The notes beneath the pieces are model-generated. The model was given only the letters and a program-made list of their open reading frames with translations, had not been told where the DNA came from and searched no databases. From NCBI RefSeq assembly GCF_964204645.1, contig NC_134028.1:14887653-14951652 (forward strand): a stretch of DNA of 64,000 bases. Direction: 5' to 3'. Within the stretch, counting starts at the first letter, position 1; every line of letters begins with the position of its first letter. This DNA is from Tubulanus polymorphus (Eukaryota; Animalia; Nemertea). A program made the translations under genes and the position numbers. Shown in pieces: positions 47,201-61,732 of this stretch.

Positions 47201-49230
47201 TGTGGGCTATGATTGCCACATTAAATGGTCCAGGTTCTGAGTAAGATAAGCAAGACCGCCGGAGAGGTGTACAACGACCAGTATGTTTGGTGACTCTGAT
47301 TTATTTCTCTACTCGATACAGCATAAGTTCATGTGGGGCTTACAAAGGCGGGTTTACATGAACTGAGGGGAGTCCGTGCGTAACTGGTAATTGACATATA
47401 ACAATTCCCGACAGGTATTTGTAGGATGAGGAATTCTTTTAGATTTTCACTGGAGTCTAAATTATGCGTTCAGAATACTGTCACAAGTAGTGAAAAACCG
47501 TGAAAAATTCTGAAGCAGTAAAATTAAATTCACTTTCAAACTCAAAATATTATGGGCAGGACTAGCCGACCAGGACTGATAATGGCTAGCTAGTTTTACT
47601 TATTTTTCGGAATTACACTACTTGTGCATTATTTTGGAAATAGTTTCTTTGATGGGGTTCGAACCCCATTCTTGTCGTGTGATGTCATAATAGTACCGTG
47701 ATGTCATCGCTAATGCAATATATCGTCAATAGATGTCGCTAGTGTCGGTGCACGACTCGATTATAGGATCTAACATCTACCGCGAATTCATAATGACAAA
47801 CGCGCCCGGTCCGGCATCGCGCACGGGTTCGAATCCCGGAGAATTACGCTCTAGCGCGCACGTACAGCAGTCAACCCTAGCCGCAGTACTGAAATATTTA
47901 GTTATCTTGTCAAATTAAATGACTCTAAAACAGCGATGAAAGTCGCGTTAGACTAAGTCGTACGATTTGCTTAAAATTTCACGACAGCGCGGCGGATCGC
48001 CGATCGGTCTCGCTCGAGCAGCAGCCCCAACATCGCGGTCGGCAACAACATTTAGTCTCCGCCCCTTCTTTCACCAAATAAGGAATTCGGTACCGCTAGC
48101 CACGTGCACTGCTTATTTACTCGAGCCGTAGATTCCCGGTACTCGACACTACCGGAGGATTAGAAACAAATGAATATTTTTTGAAGAGAAATCAATTTTT
48201 GTATTGACATTTGAATTTTCCTGCTTAATTAATTCGATTCTTTCTGGCAGAAAATAATTTTCCGATTGAGTGCGTTTCAACGCGTCTTCCGTTTTCTCCG
48301 TATCGTATCGTATCGGTTACAACCAACGGGAGGTATAGGTTGTCTAATTAATCCGTAATAAAAGAATTCGTAGTAATCTTCTTGTCCTTTTGTTTTCGGA
48401 TGGTGCTAATTTCTAAATTAACAACCAGGTCAAAATTCTTCAATCTTGCAAAAAACCAGTCTCAGTCTGACTCAGTTTCACTTCGAAATGTCGGTTATAT
48501 AGTGGTTTTGCAAAGTGGTTTAACCTTAAAATAATTCTCGATACACTAATCTAAATCGAAATAGTTTTTAGCAGTGATAAACAGAGCCACGGGTAAGCCA
48601 AAGACCAAAAATTAATATTAATGAATAATTCAGTTGGAAAATTGGGTCTAGTCTTTTTCTAGTAGAAAATTAAATTTCATTATCTTAAAAGCCCAAATTC
48701 TCTATAACCAGAAATGAATCAACCCTTAGAGTTGCAGTTTCATCGTCTTTCCCCCTCCGCCAACCCTCTGGCATTTTTTCATTTTTCCAAGTTTTAAGAA
48801 TTGATATGCTTTGGGCCCAAAGAATTGAAATAAAATTGATCAAAGTTACTTTCCAGTTCCATGGGATTGACTACAATTAATTTTATCTGTGTTCCTAGTC
48901 ACTGACAATATTTTGAGTGTATTCGTTATACACTCAAAATACACAATACATACACGATACACAATATCAAAATACACGAGGTTGTTTTCGAATCGAAATG
49001 ATTTGTTAGTATAAAAAATCAAATCAAATCAAGCTGTGACGAAGCGTCCGTCACTTAAGGCGTTTTTATTTATGATATGCGCGTATGCCGACGGCAAATT
49101 TTCCATTTATTTAACCAACGCGCCTAATCTGCGTATACAAATCGTCGCATTTATTTAACATACTTGCATACACGCGTATCATACGCAACCAACTCGTTGT
49201 TTTAGACGCGTCGCTGTCGCGTTAAGCAAG

Positions 49231-50800
49231 ATGGCGGATCCGGTGCGCGTGAGGTACGTTGTTAAAGAAACAAATTATTTTGTAAGTAAGATGATGAAAT
49301 CATGAGATACGTTTCTGAAAGTTGTTCACGTGTGTTGTAGGCCTATTTGTTTACTTATTACGGCAGTAATGCTCTGAAAATCTCACCAGTGACGTATTCT
49401 TGGTGAAAAGCGGTTTTAGTGTGTAATTAGTCAATCCTGTGTGTGTAGTAGTGTGTGTACTGAGTAGGCCTACCACAGGCACCCACACAAGGACTCATCT
49501 CGTTTGACAGTGCCGTGAGGTCGCCAATTCCCAAATTAATACTTAATTGGCGACTTCAATCAACCAATCAATCATGATTTTTTATGATACTTCAGTGAAG
49601 GCATACGTTTCTTACTTTTTTACAGTACATGCAGTGGAACTGCGAGCTGTGTTTCTGACGATGAGAGTTTTACAGTCACATTTTGGATATGGGTGATGCC
49701 CTTGCGACGTTCACGGTGGACAGGGCCACATATGTGGCAGTATTGGAAAATAATGGTAGGTAGGCCTGTTTTCGTCATTACTTGCAATGCTACTTTCATT
49801 CCAGATCTATCTCATTTGAATCTCATTCATGACATGTGAATGATAATAATAGCAATATTTGTTAGGCTTATTCATATTTCATTTATGATGATACATGAAA
49901 ATTTATTTGTATTTTTTGTTTTTTGTAGATGAGGAAGAAATAAAAAAGCTCAAAGATGCTTATCGTAGACAGTCAGGCGGATCAATTGCAATTGTTGAAA
50001 GTAAATCAAATGCCAAAGGTGTGTGGTCTTCAATATACAATATACCTTTATTGTGTTCTCAATAATTTGATGTTTTTTTGGAATCAAATGGATCTTAAAA
50101 AGTCTTGAACCTAAATGTAATACTTTGATGATTTTGGGCTATGTGACCTGCAAGGGGTGGATGAAATCGGTTGTATTTATTTTCAGAGAAAATTTTGAAT
50201 AATAGATAAACTCTGTTTTATGATTTCTATAATTCATTTTTCAGCTGATGCAATGTCACGTGCTGCCGTGTTGTGCCTTATTGATCTTTATAGTAAAAAT
50301 GCAACTAAGATGGCTGATAAGAAAACTGTGAAGAAAAAAGTATGGAATGATATTGCTACAGAAATGAAAAAGCAGGGACATTTTTTTTGAGTGGCTCTAA
50401 CTAAAGAATAAATTTAGTAATAAATCTTCTGCGTTACTATCGGAGCGTAAAAGACCACAACGACAAAACTGGAAGAGAACCCAAAACATGTCCATATTTT
50501 GAGGAGTTGGACAATATTTTTTTTGGTGCGAAACAAAACACCCATCCAGATGTCATTTCGGATTCATTTTCGGATGAACCAAATGATAGAGGGTCTTCTA
50601 CTGACACCGAAAATGATCTGTTTGATAGTTTGCCCGCTTCGTATAAACGTAAAAGTGTCCAAACACCAAAGAAATCAAAAGTATTGAAATCACTCGAAAG
50701 TTTCCATCAACAGAAATTGGAGGAAAATGAGAAATCATCTCATCAAATGGAAACGCAACATCAACAGATCATGGAGATTGAAAAACAAAAAGTGAAATAG
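49231..50800 (+). pseudogene. Myb/SANT (trihelix-like) partner gene, spliced, frameshifted
   Basis: LIDLY..KKKVWNDIATEM..YRSVKDHNDKTG..CPYFEELDNIF at ~50250-50520; upstream GT-AG exons. Confidence 0.7.
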
Positions 50801-51727
50801 TGAAAAAGTGAAATAGGACCAAATATCAGTTTTGTATTTTAATGCAGATGTTAGCATTTTATGAATTTTATTTTCAGTGCAAGCGTAAGCATTTTGTTGA
50901 TTAAATTTTCTGCTCAAGTGATCTCTAGATTTTTAAATTTTTATATATATTTTATCTGTATATTATATGGGACGACCGATTGTCTTTCAAACACAATGCA
51001 GGTTCATCTTGGCTAGAAACAAGAAAAATAAAGTTGATTTGAGTAATTCGATGTACGTAGTAAAATTCAGTCATTTATTAGGTTCTATCCTTAAAATCAT
51101 GGTCCCTTTGTTGACAGCTATTAGCCTCAATCCGTCGATTTGTAGTTTCTTTCGTGGCCGTATATTTACTAAGAGGATCATCATTCCTGGGATCCAGGAA
51201 GCAAGGGTAGATTTGGTGTGTTAAGGGAGAGGAATCTAATTTAGTCTTGAGCTGCTTCATATTCTGTACTACATGCAGCTAATTACATATATGTATCAAT
51301 GAAAAATATAGCCCGAAATCAAATTTAGATCAGGATTTACATGGAGAGCTCATCACTTAACATGGGATTATTTTCCCTGTTTTCAACACGCTGTACTCAG
51401 TAGATTCCCCTCAAACCTAAAATAAACTCAACTTGGCAAGTCATTAATTTTTTTCCTGTCTCCTATGTTTTCTATAGAACCCTCGAACTCAAAATCCATT
51501 TAACCGAATGATTTTGTAATCAGCTTTCGCCATTCAATTTGAGCTGACGGGAGTCTACTGTATTACTGCAAGTCTCCACCACATGGAAAATGGAAAAGAA
51601 AATCTGTGTAATTTGGAAGAGAGCATTGTATTTTCATACATTGTATCATAATCATTATACACAACTGAAAAATTACTTTGGATCTTACAGAGACACGTAC
51701 GCATTGATTTTTTGAAACCTTTTGAAC

Positions 51728-52982
51728 CTACTCGAATACTTCTAGGATTACTGCAATAGCACGACGTTTTGCAATGGCTGATGGAAGAGGTTCATTTCCA
51801 TGAGTAACATTATCATCATCGATTTGTTCTTCATCACCTTCATTTAAATAATCTTCTACTGAGTCACTACTTAACAAACAGATATTGTTCAAGACAAAAC
51901 AACTTATTATAAAATCTACCAGTCTGTTTGGGTCATGCATATCAATATATTTAAGTCGGTGCAAACGACCTTTCAATAAGGCAAAAGCATTTTCGATCCT
52001 CATTCGGGTAGAACTGTGTAGAAAGTTGTAGTTCTTTTCTAATCTTTCTAGTCCACCGGTATCTCGGCATGGTGTTAGTATGACATCACTCAATTCATAG
52101 GCCGAGTCTGCCAATAAATGGCTATTTTCTGGAAAAAGCTTACGTCGCTTGTCAAGATCTTCGCAAGCAAGTCCAAGTTTGGAGTTTTTGAACACTCGGG
52201 AATCATGTGTCGAACCTGGCCATCCAACATAGACATACGTGAAAATCATCCGATGATCACATATGGCAGCAACATTTATCGAATGGTATTTCTTACTGTT
52301 AAGAAACGTCTCTGGGTCCTTTACCGGTGTCTTAATAGGAATGTGTGTACCATCCAGAGCACCAATTACCTTTTAAAATTAAGAAGAGAACGTTATATAA
52401 ACACAATTGGTCAATATGATTATTCTACAAAATCAGAGTGGTATTAGACGATACGACCTACCTTTGGAAATTGTCGCATTTGCTCAAATCCACGAAAACT
52501 TGATATATATTGTCACCAGTCGGCCACTTAATAAATTTCTTCAGCAGCTTGGTGTTCATGACTTGGCTGATGGTGGCTGGAAGAATAGACAATATGTAGC
52601 AAGTCACATTTGTTTTTCGTACGATATACAAGAGTTTCTTTCCCTGTCAGCAGCGAGTATAGGGATGACATGGTCTTTCAGGACATCAAAGGTCGTTCTG
52701 CTAATTCTAAATCGAGCCTTGAAATCGTCCGGTGTATATCTACTGATAATTGCAGACAGAAATTTTTGAATTCGAGGAATTTTTTTTTTCTTTTAGATAT
52801 TTGAGTTCTTCAGTAACCTTAAATTCGTCAATTACGTCGTCCTCGAATAATTTTCTTTTTCGACAATGGTATAGGCCTACGCAAGTGCGCGTATCCGGTA
52901 CACTGAAACATTCATCTATCATAAAAGTACATAAAATGTTACGAGCGATTTCACGCCGCACGTTTACTTCCTGGTCCGCCAT
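51728..52982 (-). pseudogene. Harbinger transposase, spliced, degenerate
   Basis: IGALDGTH, WPGSTHDSRV, LLADSAY, IENAFALLKGR. Confidence 0.85.
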
Positions 52983-54513
52983 TTTGTTGCAGCAACGCGG
53001 CGGCCGTTTATTTAAGCGAATTCGATTATGGATACGCTAACATACGCAGCAGATAACGCGCGTTATGACGAGTTGCTTAAATAAAAACGCCTTTAGATTT
53101 CATCTATTACATATTATTAACGGTTGCATGTTCTTTGTCTTTAAGTACTGTCCTGTATTGATGTTGATATTTCATTGCATATAACTTATCATTTGGAGCA
53201 ATGGGATAAAGTTAAAGTTAAAGTCTATCTAACTCGATATTCGTCCACAAATGTTCTTCCATTCGTCTAACACATGCCAAGACATTCCGCCGTTTCGTCA
53301 AATATAGTCGTGAGTTTGGTTTTTTCGGGACCTGACATGACAGGTCAGACCTGGTTAAATCATGAACACCTAAACGACACCTAAACAATGGTCTGATTAA
53401 ATCATTGTTTAGATAAGTTCAATGCACTTTATAGGTGCTCAACAAATGGAGAAGCTTTCGGAGCTCTCAGAATTATTATAGGTCTTTTAAACAGATTGAT
53501 AAAGCTGTTGTTTAATCACCATTAATACACTGTTAAGTATGAGTCAATTTCTGTGCTGGAGGTTTCTTTTTTATCCAAGCAGCCTTATGCTCTCGTGTAT
53601 TATTATACCTTCACTACGCATTTCCACTTGTATTGTAAGAGTTACACATCGTTGGAAATCATTTATTATTGTTCATAAGCGTGTATGTACATATAAAGGC
53701 TATCTCGTTTCATTTATTTTTACTGCTGAATGAGTTAGATGTTTTAAAACTGTTAAAATCCTGTTTTTTATTTTTTTGTAATTCTAGTTTAGACTATAGG
53801 AAAAAAAAAGTCATTAGTCATGCATAAAAACCTCAGAAGTATTACACATTCCACTATCTCCATTGGGTTCTGGAACATCGATGGTGTTTTTTCAAGAATT
53901 GCCGGCCAGAGAGTAAGTAAATTGTCAGAGCCTGATATACAAAGGAACATATCACGCTATGACTTATTTGGCATTGTTGAGACACACTGCTCCACAGATG
54001 ATATTCTTGAGGTACCGGGCTATATCACTCACTCAATAACACGCCCCAGGAGCAAAAACGCAACTAGAAATTATGGTGGTATTGCTATCCTTGTTAGAAA
54101 CAGCTTGCAATGGCATTAGCTTCCTGTCAAGTACCTCCTGCGAAATTCAATGGGTCAAATTGTGCAAGTCTTTTTTTGGCCTAGAAAGAGATATCTTTGT
54201 CTGTACTGTTTATATTAGCCCGCACACGTCCCCTGTAAACAGACAAGGTGGGATATCTTTGAAATCCTCGAAGATGATATATCCAAATACTCACAATTGG
54301 GTGAGTGTATTGTCTCTGATGACTTCAACGCAAGGACTGCGATAAACCCTGATTATTGTATTGATGATATATCTGAGCACTCTGACGTTTTCGACTCTAT
54401 CACTAATCTGAGTGATATAGCATTAGCGCGTCATAATTTGGACTCGCATGTTGTTGATAAACATGGGAAAAAGTTACTAGAGTTATGTCAGGCCTCTGAG
54501 ATGAGGATTTTAA

Positions 54514-54800
54514 CCCTTTCAGTGCGTCTACACCGCAGTGCGGTGTATAAATCAGTGATGGATTTTGCTAGTACACCGCACTGCGGTGTATTGATGTAAT
54601 TAGTAATTTGTAATTATCTCTATTGAAAAATGGCAGCAAGTGGCAAACATAGTGAAATACTAGTAACTAACGATACACCGCACTGCGGTGTAGACGCACT
54701 ATAGGGGTATTCCCATTGTTCAACACACTAGGGTGGAATTTTTAGAATTTTCAAATTTTCTCTAGCACTATAGGGTATTAATTAGTCAGCACTGAAAGGG
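54514..54800. mobile_element. piggyBac-type MITE inside the LINE endonuclease region
   Basis: TIR CCCTTTCAGTGC with TTAA TSD. Excision restores MRILNGRTVGD. Internal TACACCGCAGTGCGGTGTA palindromes. Confidence 0.9.
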
Positions 54801-55933
54801 TTAAACGGTCGGACTGTTGGTGATATCTCTGGAAACTTAACCTGTTTCAGTCATTCTGGCGCTCCTAGTGCAATTGACTACTCTCTGGCATCTGTAAATA
54901 TGTTCAACAGTATTAAATTCTTTCATGTTGGTGATCCAACTATCTACTCTATATATTGTATATTTTATCTACTGTTATTTCAAATGATTTGTACATGTAC
55001 TGGAAGACCAACGCTCTTTTACTACTAAGCTAAAAAAGTTTGTATGGGAAGAGGGAGATGACTTCAAGCTTATGAATGCATTATCAACCACACCTTGTCA
55101 AAATGATATAGAGTCTTTTCTATCCAAAGTATCAAGTAATGTAAATGAGAAAGCTGACTCATTAGGTAATTTGATTATAAAGGCGGCCAAGATAGCCGGT
55201 GTTAAACAAAGAAATATCTTCAAAAATGGTCAGTCTAAACATTTAAAGTCTAAATCAAAAACATGGTTTGATAATGAATGCTGTAAGCTGAAGAAAGACC
55301 TAGTTCAAATGTGTAGTATTGTTAGGAAAACCCCTTTTGATCTGAACCTGCTGCATATATTTAGATCCAAAAAGAAGCGTTACAAATCTCTATTAAACAA
55401 GAAAAGAAGCAGGTTTAAAAGCCATATCATGACCCAAATGGACTCCCTGCGTACTCAAAACCCAGTGGAATTCTGGTCTCTTTTTAATAAGTTGAAAAAT
55501 TTGGATAGTAGTAAGCCCTCTGGTAGCAGCTCAATAACTGCAAAACAGTGGATTGAGCATTTTACTACGATTTTGAATTCTTCCACTAACAGTATTAGTC
55601 GGGAATCTGAATCATTGTTTACTGATTTCATAGATGATAACGCAGATTCAATATTCAATGAGCTCAACTTTAGAATAACTTTGCCTGAAATATCTAGAGC
55701 TATACTTAGACTAAAAAAGGCAAGGCAGCTGGGTCGGACCTGGTGCTTAATGAAATGATAATGGCCGGTCAAACGCAACTATTGCCGTTGTTTGAAGTCC
55801 TCTTTAATGTCATTCTAGTAAATGGTGTTTTTCCTAATGCATAGTGTTCCAACATTCTCAACCCACTTCACAAGAAGGGTAACAAACATACTCCAAGCAA
55901 CTATCGGGGCATATTGGTAGCAACCTTTGTAAA

Positions 55934-57673
55934 TTGTGCTGTAGTGTAATGCATGAAAGGCTTTATGCTTTTGCACAGGCCAACAATCTTATACCCAAGT
56001 GTCAAATAGGGTATCAAAAAAACACCCGTACTGCTGACCATGTGCTCACTCTTAAATGCCTTATCGATAAGTTCACCAGAAAGTTGGCTAAAGGTCGTCT
56101 GTATTGTTGTTTTGTTGATTTCAAGTCAGCTTTTGACACCATTAACCGGAAGGCACTGATCTTTAAGCTGCTTAAGTTAGGTATTGGAGGTAATTTTTTA
56201 CGCGTTTTAGATAACATGTATTCTAAAGTTTCATACATGGTTAAGTGTAATAACGGCTTAAGTGCACTCATTAATTCCAACGTTGGTGTAAAGCAGGGCT
56301 GTGTCCTGAGTCCTCTTCTATTTAATCTTTTTACCCAGGACTTGCCCTCGATTTTTAAAGAATGTGATCCAGTTAGGCTAAACGATACAGATCTGAGCTG
56401 TCTAATGTATGCAGACGATCTAGTCATTTTATCTAGAACTAACGCTGGTCTCAATTGTGCGCTTAACAAGCTTGCTTCATATTGTGCTAAATGGGGTCTT
56501 ACCGTTAATCTTGAAAAAACAAAAGTAATTATCTTTAACAGAGGAGAGAAGCTTTTTGATTCAGAAAAATATTACTACAATGGTGTGCCAATCGAAGTTG
56601 TCAAGGAATACTGTTATCTTGGTATCCTATTTTACGTCTCTGGTAACTTAAAAAAAGCCTGTGAAAGACTTGTAGATCATGCTAGAAAAGCTCTTTTTAA
56701 ACTAAAAACCATGAATATTCGTGACAATGTTCAATCGGCCTTGAAACAGTTCGAGCATCTAATCCAACCAATCCTAGTGTACTGTTGTGAAGTATGGGGA
56801 GCTTTTCATTTCAACAAAAGAAACCCAATCAACTTTTACGCTCTATGCGAAGTAACCCCAGCTGAAAAAGTCAATCTAAACTTTGTTAAATATCTTTTGG
56901 GGGTTGGTAAACAAACATCAAATGCAGCAGCCAGAGGAGACATTGGTCATTTTCCCATTCTGGTAAAAATTGCCCCTCTAATTATAAAATATTGGTTAAG
57001 AGTTTGCGATTCTGACAGTGCTAGCCTTATTCGCAAGTCATACATAGACTGTCTACAAACCAACACAGATGACAACTGGGGGAATTGTGTTCGATCTCTT
57101 TTGTACCATTTCCACCTAGAAAACACTTGGGAAAACCAAGGGAGTACCGCATCTGCCAATAAAGTGGCCTTATCTCTAAGCAAACGAGCAATGCACTTGT
57201 ACTCATCACAATGGTATGATTTTGTAAATGACTCTGTCTCAAACCCTAAACTGCGCAAATTTAAACTATTCAAATCAAATTTTTGTTTGGAGAACTACGT
57301 GGTTACAAATTGTTATAGTCGTAGAAAAGAATTTTCAAAATTAAGGGTCAGTAATCGCAAGTTACGAATTGAAACGGATCGTCATAAAAGACCAAAAATC
57401 CCGATAGAAAATAGAGTATGCCTCCTCTGCAAAAATGGTTCGATTGAGGATGAGCCGCATTTCCTCCTAGATTGCTCGAAACTTGGGCAAAAAAGGCATT
57501 CCTTTTTTTCCCAAATCTCTGACTTCACTATATTACAGAGTTTATCATATGATGACCAATTTAAATTCATCATGTCATGTAACCAAAATGACACTGAAGT
57601 GGGTAAGTTGGTTTGCAACTTTATTGCCTCCATGGTCGAGGAAAGAACTTTTCTGATGTCTGCTTCACTGTGA
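55934..57673 (+). CDS. Reverse transcriptase portion of LINE ORF2
   Basis: 579-aa open frame with QG..SP and YADD motifs. Confidence 0.85.
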   Translation: MCCSVMHERLYAFAQANNLIPKCQIGYQKNTRTADHVLTLKCLIDKFTRKLAKGRLYCCFVDFKSAFDTINRKALIFKLLKLGIGGNFLRVLDNMYSKVSYMVKCNNGLSALINSNVGVKQGCVLSPLLFNLFTQDLPSIFKECDPVRLNDTDLSCLMYADDLVILSRTNAGLNCALNKLASYCAKWGLTVNLEKTKVIIFNRGEKLFDSEKYYYNGVPIEVVKEYCYLGILFYVSGNLKKACERLVDHARKALFKLKTMNIRDNVQSALKQFEHLIQPILVYCCEVWGAFHFNKRNPINFYALCEVTPAEKVNLNFVKYLLGVGKQTSNAAARGDIGHFPILVKIAPLIIKYWLRVCDSDSASLIRKSYIDCLQTNTDDNWGNCVRSLLYHFHLENTWENQGSTASANKVALSLSKRAMHLYSSQWYDFVNDSVSNPKLRKFKLFKSNFCLENYVVTNCYSRRKEFSKLRVSNRKLRIETDRHKRPKIPIENRVCLLCKNGSIEDEPHFLLDCSKLGQKRHSFFSQISDFTILQSLSYDDQFKFIMSCNQNDTEVGKLVCNFIASMVEERTFLMSASL

Positions 57674-58340
57674 CTTGGGTGTATATCGGGTGGCCTTGCC
57701 CGATCGGTTTTGGCTGCCACTCGATATCCTCCTGAGTCTGGGTTGAAGTAGGCATCGTCGTTTGAAATAACAGTTTGACCTATGCATTGTAGATTGTATT
57801 TTCAAGTTTAAAAAGTGACAGGCGGCGAGTGGGAGTTTTTTTTTTCTCTCCTTTTATGTTATGTTATCATTTGTCAGTGTCTCTTTGTATTAATATTTTA
57901 TTGCCGTGTCTGTCCTATGTAATTTTGTCGTTATACGGATGCAATAAATTTTGAATTGAATTGAATTGTCATGTCAGGTCTAGACTGGTTGCCGGTCTCT
58001 ACCTTCAGTTAGACTATTCTGTTCTATTCTGACTGCGAATGCAGGTGGCGCAGAATTGGACAGGCGACCAGTCTAATGTCAGGTCTCGAGACCTGACATG
58101 ACAGGTTCTGGAAACTCTGCAGACAGACATCAATCCGAATGCTCGAATATAAACATGGCCGCCGACGAAGTTAATTCTAAAAGACAAATTAGAAAGACTG
58201 CTGAATTGGCCCAGATAATCGCTAAAGATGAATGTAAACTCCGCTTTAAAAAGGTATGTTTAAAGATAAGCGGCTGGCTAAACCTCAAGAAGGGTAATGT
58301 CTATTTCAACCTGACGTGAGAGCATTCCTGGTGGTGTAGC

Positions 58341-58957
58341 CACAGGCACTTGAATATGGGCTTTGATAATGGATAAATATTTGATAATTCACCAGCGATA
58401 CGTTAATCCTACTTTGATAGATCCGCCATGTTTTATAATAAATTTACCCATGATGCAACGCGCGGCCGTCGTTTAGCTATACTATACAGAAAGGCTGGAA
58501 ACGATCCTATCTCCGTAATGCTTAAATCTACCCGCAGTTATCGGGACAGATGACGTCACAGCAATCCCGAAGAGGCATCGCGAATTTTCAAAAATCAATT
58601 TTGTTGCCATTTAAAATCTTTAATGGAGCTAAAACAGTGTCAATGTTTCCAAAAAAATCATCTACAATTGAAATTATGGGCGCTCCTTATATATCAGGGT
58701 TAAAATTGACACTAAGGACGTACTTCGGCAATCATCGGCAGTGTTCGGCTGTCCCGATAACTGCGGGTAGATTTAAGCATTACGGAGATAGGATCGTTTC
58801 CAGCCTTTCTGTATAGTATAGCTAAACGACGGCCGCGCGTTGCATCATGGGTAAATTTATTATAAAACATGGCGGATCTATCAAAGTAGGATTAACGTAT
58901 CGCTGGTGAATTATCAAATACTTATCCATTATCAAAGCCCATATTCAAGTGCCTGTG
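58341..58957. mobile_element. Foldback MITE with ~209-bp near-perfect TIRs
   Basis: 58341-58549 is the reverse complement of 58749-58957; CACAGG termini; flanking direct repeat GTGTAGC. Confidence 0.85.
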
Positions 58958-59006
58958 GTGTAGCTCAGTCAGTCAGTTTTTTGGTATTTGGCTGGGGACA
59001 TAGTAC

Positions 59007-61732
59007 TAGGGATTTCAGGTCACGTGATCAAAATGTGTCATAATTAGCGTTTTCCACGCTTCAAATTTTCAATCGCTCATAAAAAACGTATTCTATATCC
59101 GATTGAAGCCAAACTTGCTCAGTATACTCAATTTACCGGTTATTTGTTGTGGTGTAAATTTCATGAGTGTATCTTGCCTCGTTACGGAGCAATAAGTCGT
59201 AGTTCGGCGCGCGTCGGCTCATTTCTAGGAAACAAGATGGCGGCCATGTTTGTTCATGCATTTTTCAAACACGTGAAAAACGCATGCAATTTTTGGCGCT
59301 ATTGCACTTTCGTACCCCCCTCCCAAAAATTTTTATTTCAGCATATTTATTATCAGGAAGGTCTAGGGATTCAAAATCAGTAACTTTTGACCCAAAAAAC
59401 TTACTTTTTATAGGTTAAGATTTTGTTATTTTGGGCCCTAAATCGCGTGTAAATTCGCCTATTTGCGACGTCAACAACGCCATGTTGAATGTCAATCAAA
59501 GTTTCAAACCCTCCACTGAAATGTCATGACATTAAAACTTTGCAAAAACCATGTTTTCAAACATAACCATCTCTTAAAATGACGCTTATGTTTGCATTAT
59601 TTTCATACTTAGCTATTTATTTAAAGATGTTCTGATGAAGAATAGTTATAGGCCAAAAAACGAAATTTTATCAATTCAATACAATTAAATTTATTGAGAT
59701 ATATTTATTCAGATGTTTTTAGGTGGTAATTAGTGCGGAAACATGGCCGACCCGTCAGTTTGAATCGAGGAAATCGGCCCCAAATTATCAGAATTTTGAC
59801 TTGGAAAAAATTATTTTTTTTGTCAAAAGTAATTTATTTTGACTCTACAGACCTCCCTGATAATAAATATGCTGAAATAAAAATTTTTGGGAGGGGGGTA
59901 CGAAAGTGCAATAGCGCCCAATTTTTTGGGTCAAATCCGCGAGCCGGCTGCTGATTGGCTGGATATTTGACCTCAGAATATTTTAAGAACATGTTTCAAG
60001 TAGAGCATGTCGGTGCGTGCAAGTTTTGGTAGGCCCTGTATCACTCGGAAAAAGTCGTAAACATAATTCAAAGTGCTCATACGCTAAAATTAATAATTTT
60101 AACAACTTGCACTCTACTACATGATAAAATAAAAGATACTTTATATATTGTTTTCAATTATTGCTTTTAAGATTGATTTAGTAGTCTTTCGCGGATTTTG
60201 ACCTAAAGTCGGCAAGGCGCTTGAAATTGTTTACATCCGGGTCATTGCCGGCTCACACTGGCTGCCAGCTGATCAATCAAAACACTTACTGGTTTATTTT
60301 TACCACTCTAAATGTCAATTTAGCAAGTAAAACGTCACTTTCACTCAATAGACTCATACTTTATTACGAAATCGGCAATATATAAGACGAATAATGGTTA
60401 GGCCTACCCAATTTAAAAACTTTGAGTATTTTGCACAAGAATCCAAGTTTTGTCTAAATTTTAGCTCATTTTTTGCTAAAAAGAAATTTTATTTTTCCTA
60501 TCTATGTCACCTTTAGGTAATCATCTCATCTTGAATACTAGGATATCCCTCTGAAAAGCAGTTGTTATTCATTTGTTCATGGTTTTTTAATTCCAATTGT
60601 CGACCCTTTCGCTAAATAACTGCCGCTGCTAGGCCTAAAATACCCACCAACCAATGGTTAATCAAATAGATTCTAGAGGATTATATTATCAATTTTCTTT
60701 TTCATTCGAAATGACTTGCCTAGAAGGAGACCTTTAATTAGATACCAAACATGACATACTTTTGTTAAATTGACTTTCCGATGAAATATCGACGCAAAAC
60801 AAGATGGCCGCCATTCCTCGAGCCTCAATTTGAGATATCATGATATAGATATTTCATGGGTAAATCTGTTAGGGCCTAGGGATCTCTAAAGAAAAACAAA
60901 GGCTTTTCCATTCATTTCAATTTGATTTAATTTCGGAAAACCATGTAGTACGTAGATCTCTTCAACGCTTTATCCTATTCTTCTGCAGCAAGTGAGTATC
61001 TGAAATATAATGATATTATTAGTATCTTTTATTTCAGAAGGCTTTAAAACATTGAACTTATCCACTAAGATTAGTTATTTCAAATAATAAAGGTCTACAA
61101 GGCCATATCGAATCTACTAAATACATTAAAGATGTAGTTAATTAGATTCAAGATGGCCGCCTCGATACTTACCTTATGGTTACCGTGGTAATCGGTATCA
61201 CCCTGATGCACGATATCTTCGGTATATTATCTCAAAATTGATATTCCATGTCTTAAGTATCATTTATCTTGAGAAATAAACTATAGTATTGCGTGTTAAT
61301 GGTTATGGAAGTGAGTATTAATTAGATAATTAGTATGCAAATTAGCCTAATTTAGATATTTGTGCAATTACTTACATGAATCTAAACAAACTTTGTATAG
61401 ACAACATACTGACCAAGTTTGGTTTTAAACAGATAAAAATTCTCGGAGTTATATTGGTTTTAATGTTGAATTTAATTCCTTTATCTGGCTCAAAAGCAGC
61501 AAAACCTAGACACTTCCTGTCTGATACTTTCATTGGAAATGAACTAAAGTGTATTGCGCAATCGAATGACAAAAATACCCCAAATTTCCACCCTTAGATT
61601 GCTTATAACTTTTGAACCGCTTGACCAATTTTGATTCTGTAAAGTGCTGTATGCTTATGCTATCCCCTTCTTCATTTTAAGCTATTAGAAAGACACATAG
61701 GACACATAGAAATTTTCAACCTGAAATCCCTA
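59007..61732. mobile_element. Non-autonomous hAT-like element
   Basis: TIR TAGGGATTTCAGGT, flanking direct repeat ATAGTAC, internal inverted repeat ~59295-59357 / 59856-59918; no transposase seen. Confidence 0.7.

Larger units (their letters stand above)
49058..53092. mobile_element. PIF/Harbinger transposon C, both ends present
   Basis: 15-bp TIR AGGCGTTTTTATTTA, TSD TTA, convergent Myb and transposase genes. Confidence 0.9.
53820..57967 (+). mobile_element. Non-LTR retrotransposon ORF2 (APE endonuclease + RT), degenerate, with (TTGAA)n tail; clade uncertain (CR1/L2-like or RTEX-like)
   Basis: WNIDG..VET, DFNART, RILNGRT, IDY, VDFKSAFD, KQGCVLSP, YADD, C-terminal CxxC..EDEPHFLLDC; AATAAA followed by ttgaattgaattgaatt. 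Confidence 0.9.

Noticed and set aside
18700-47845. tRNA B-box-like motifs (GGTTCGAA) at ~18720, 22395, 47657 and 47826
   Set aside because: No complete cloverleaf could be built; at most these are SINE remnants.
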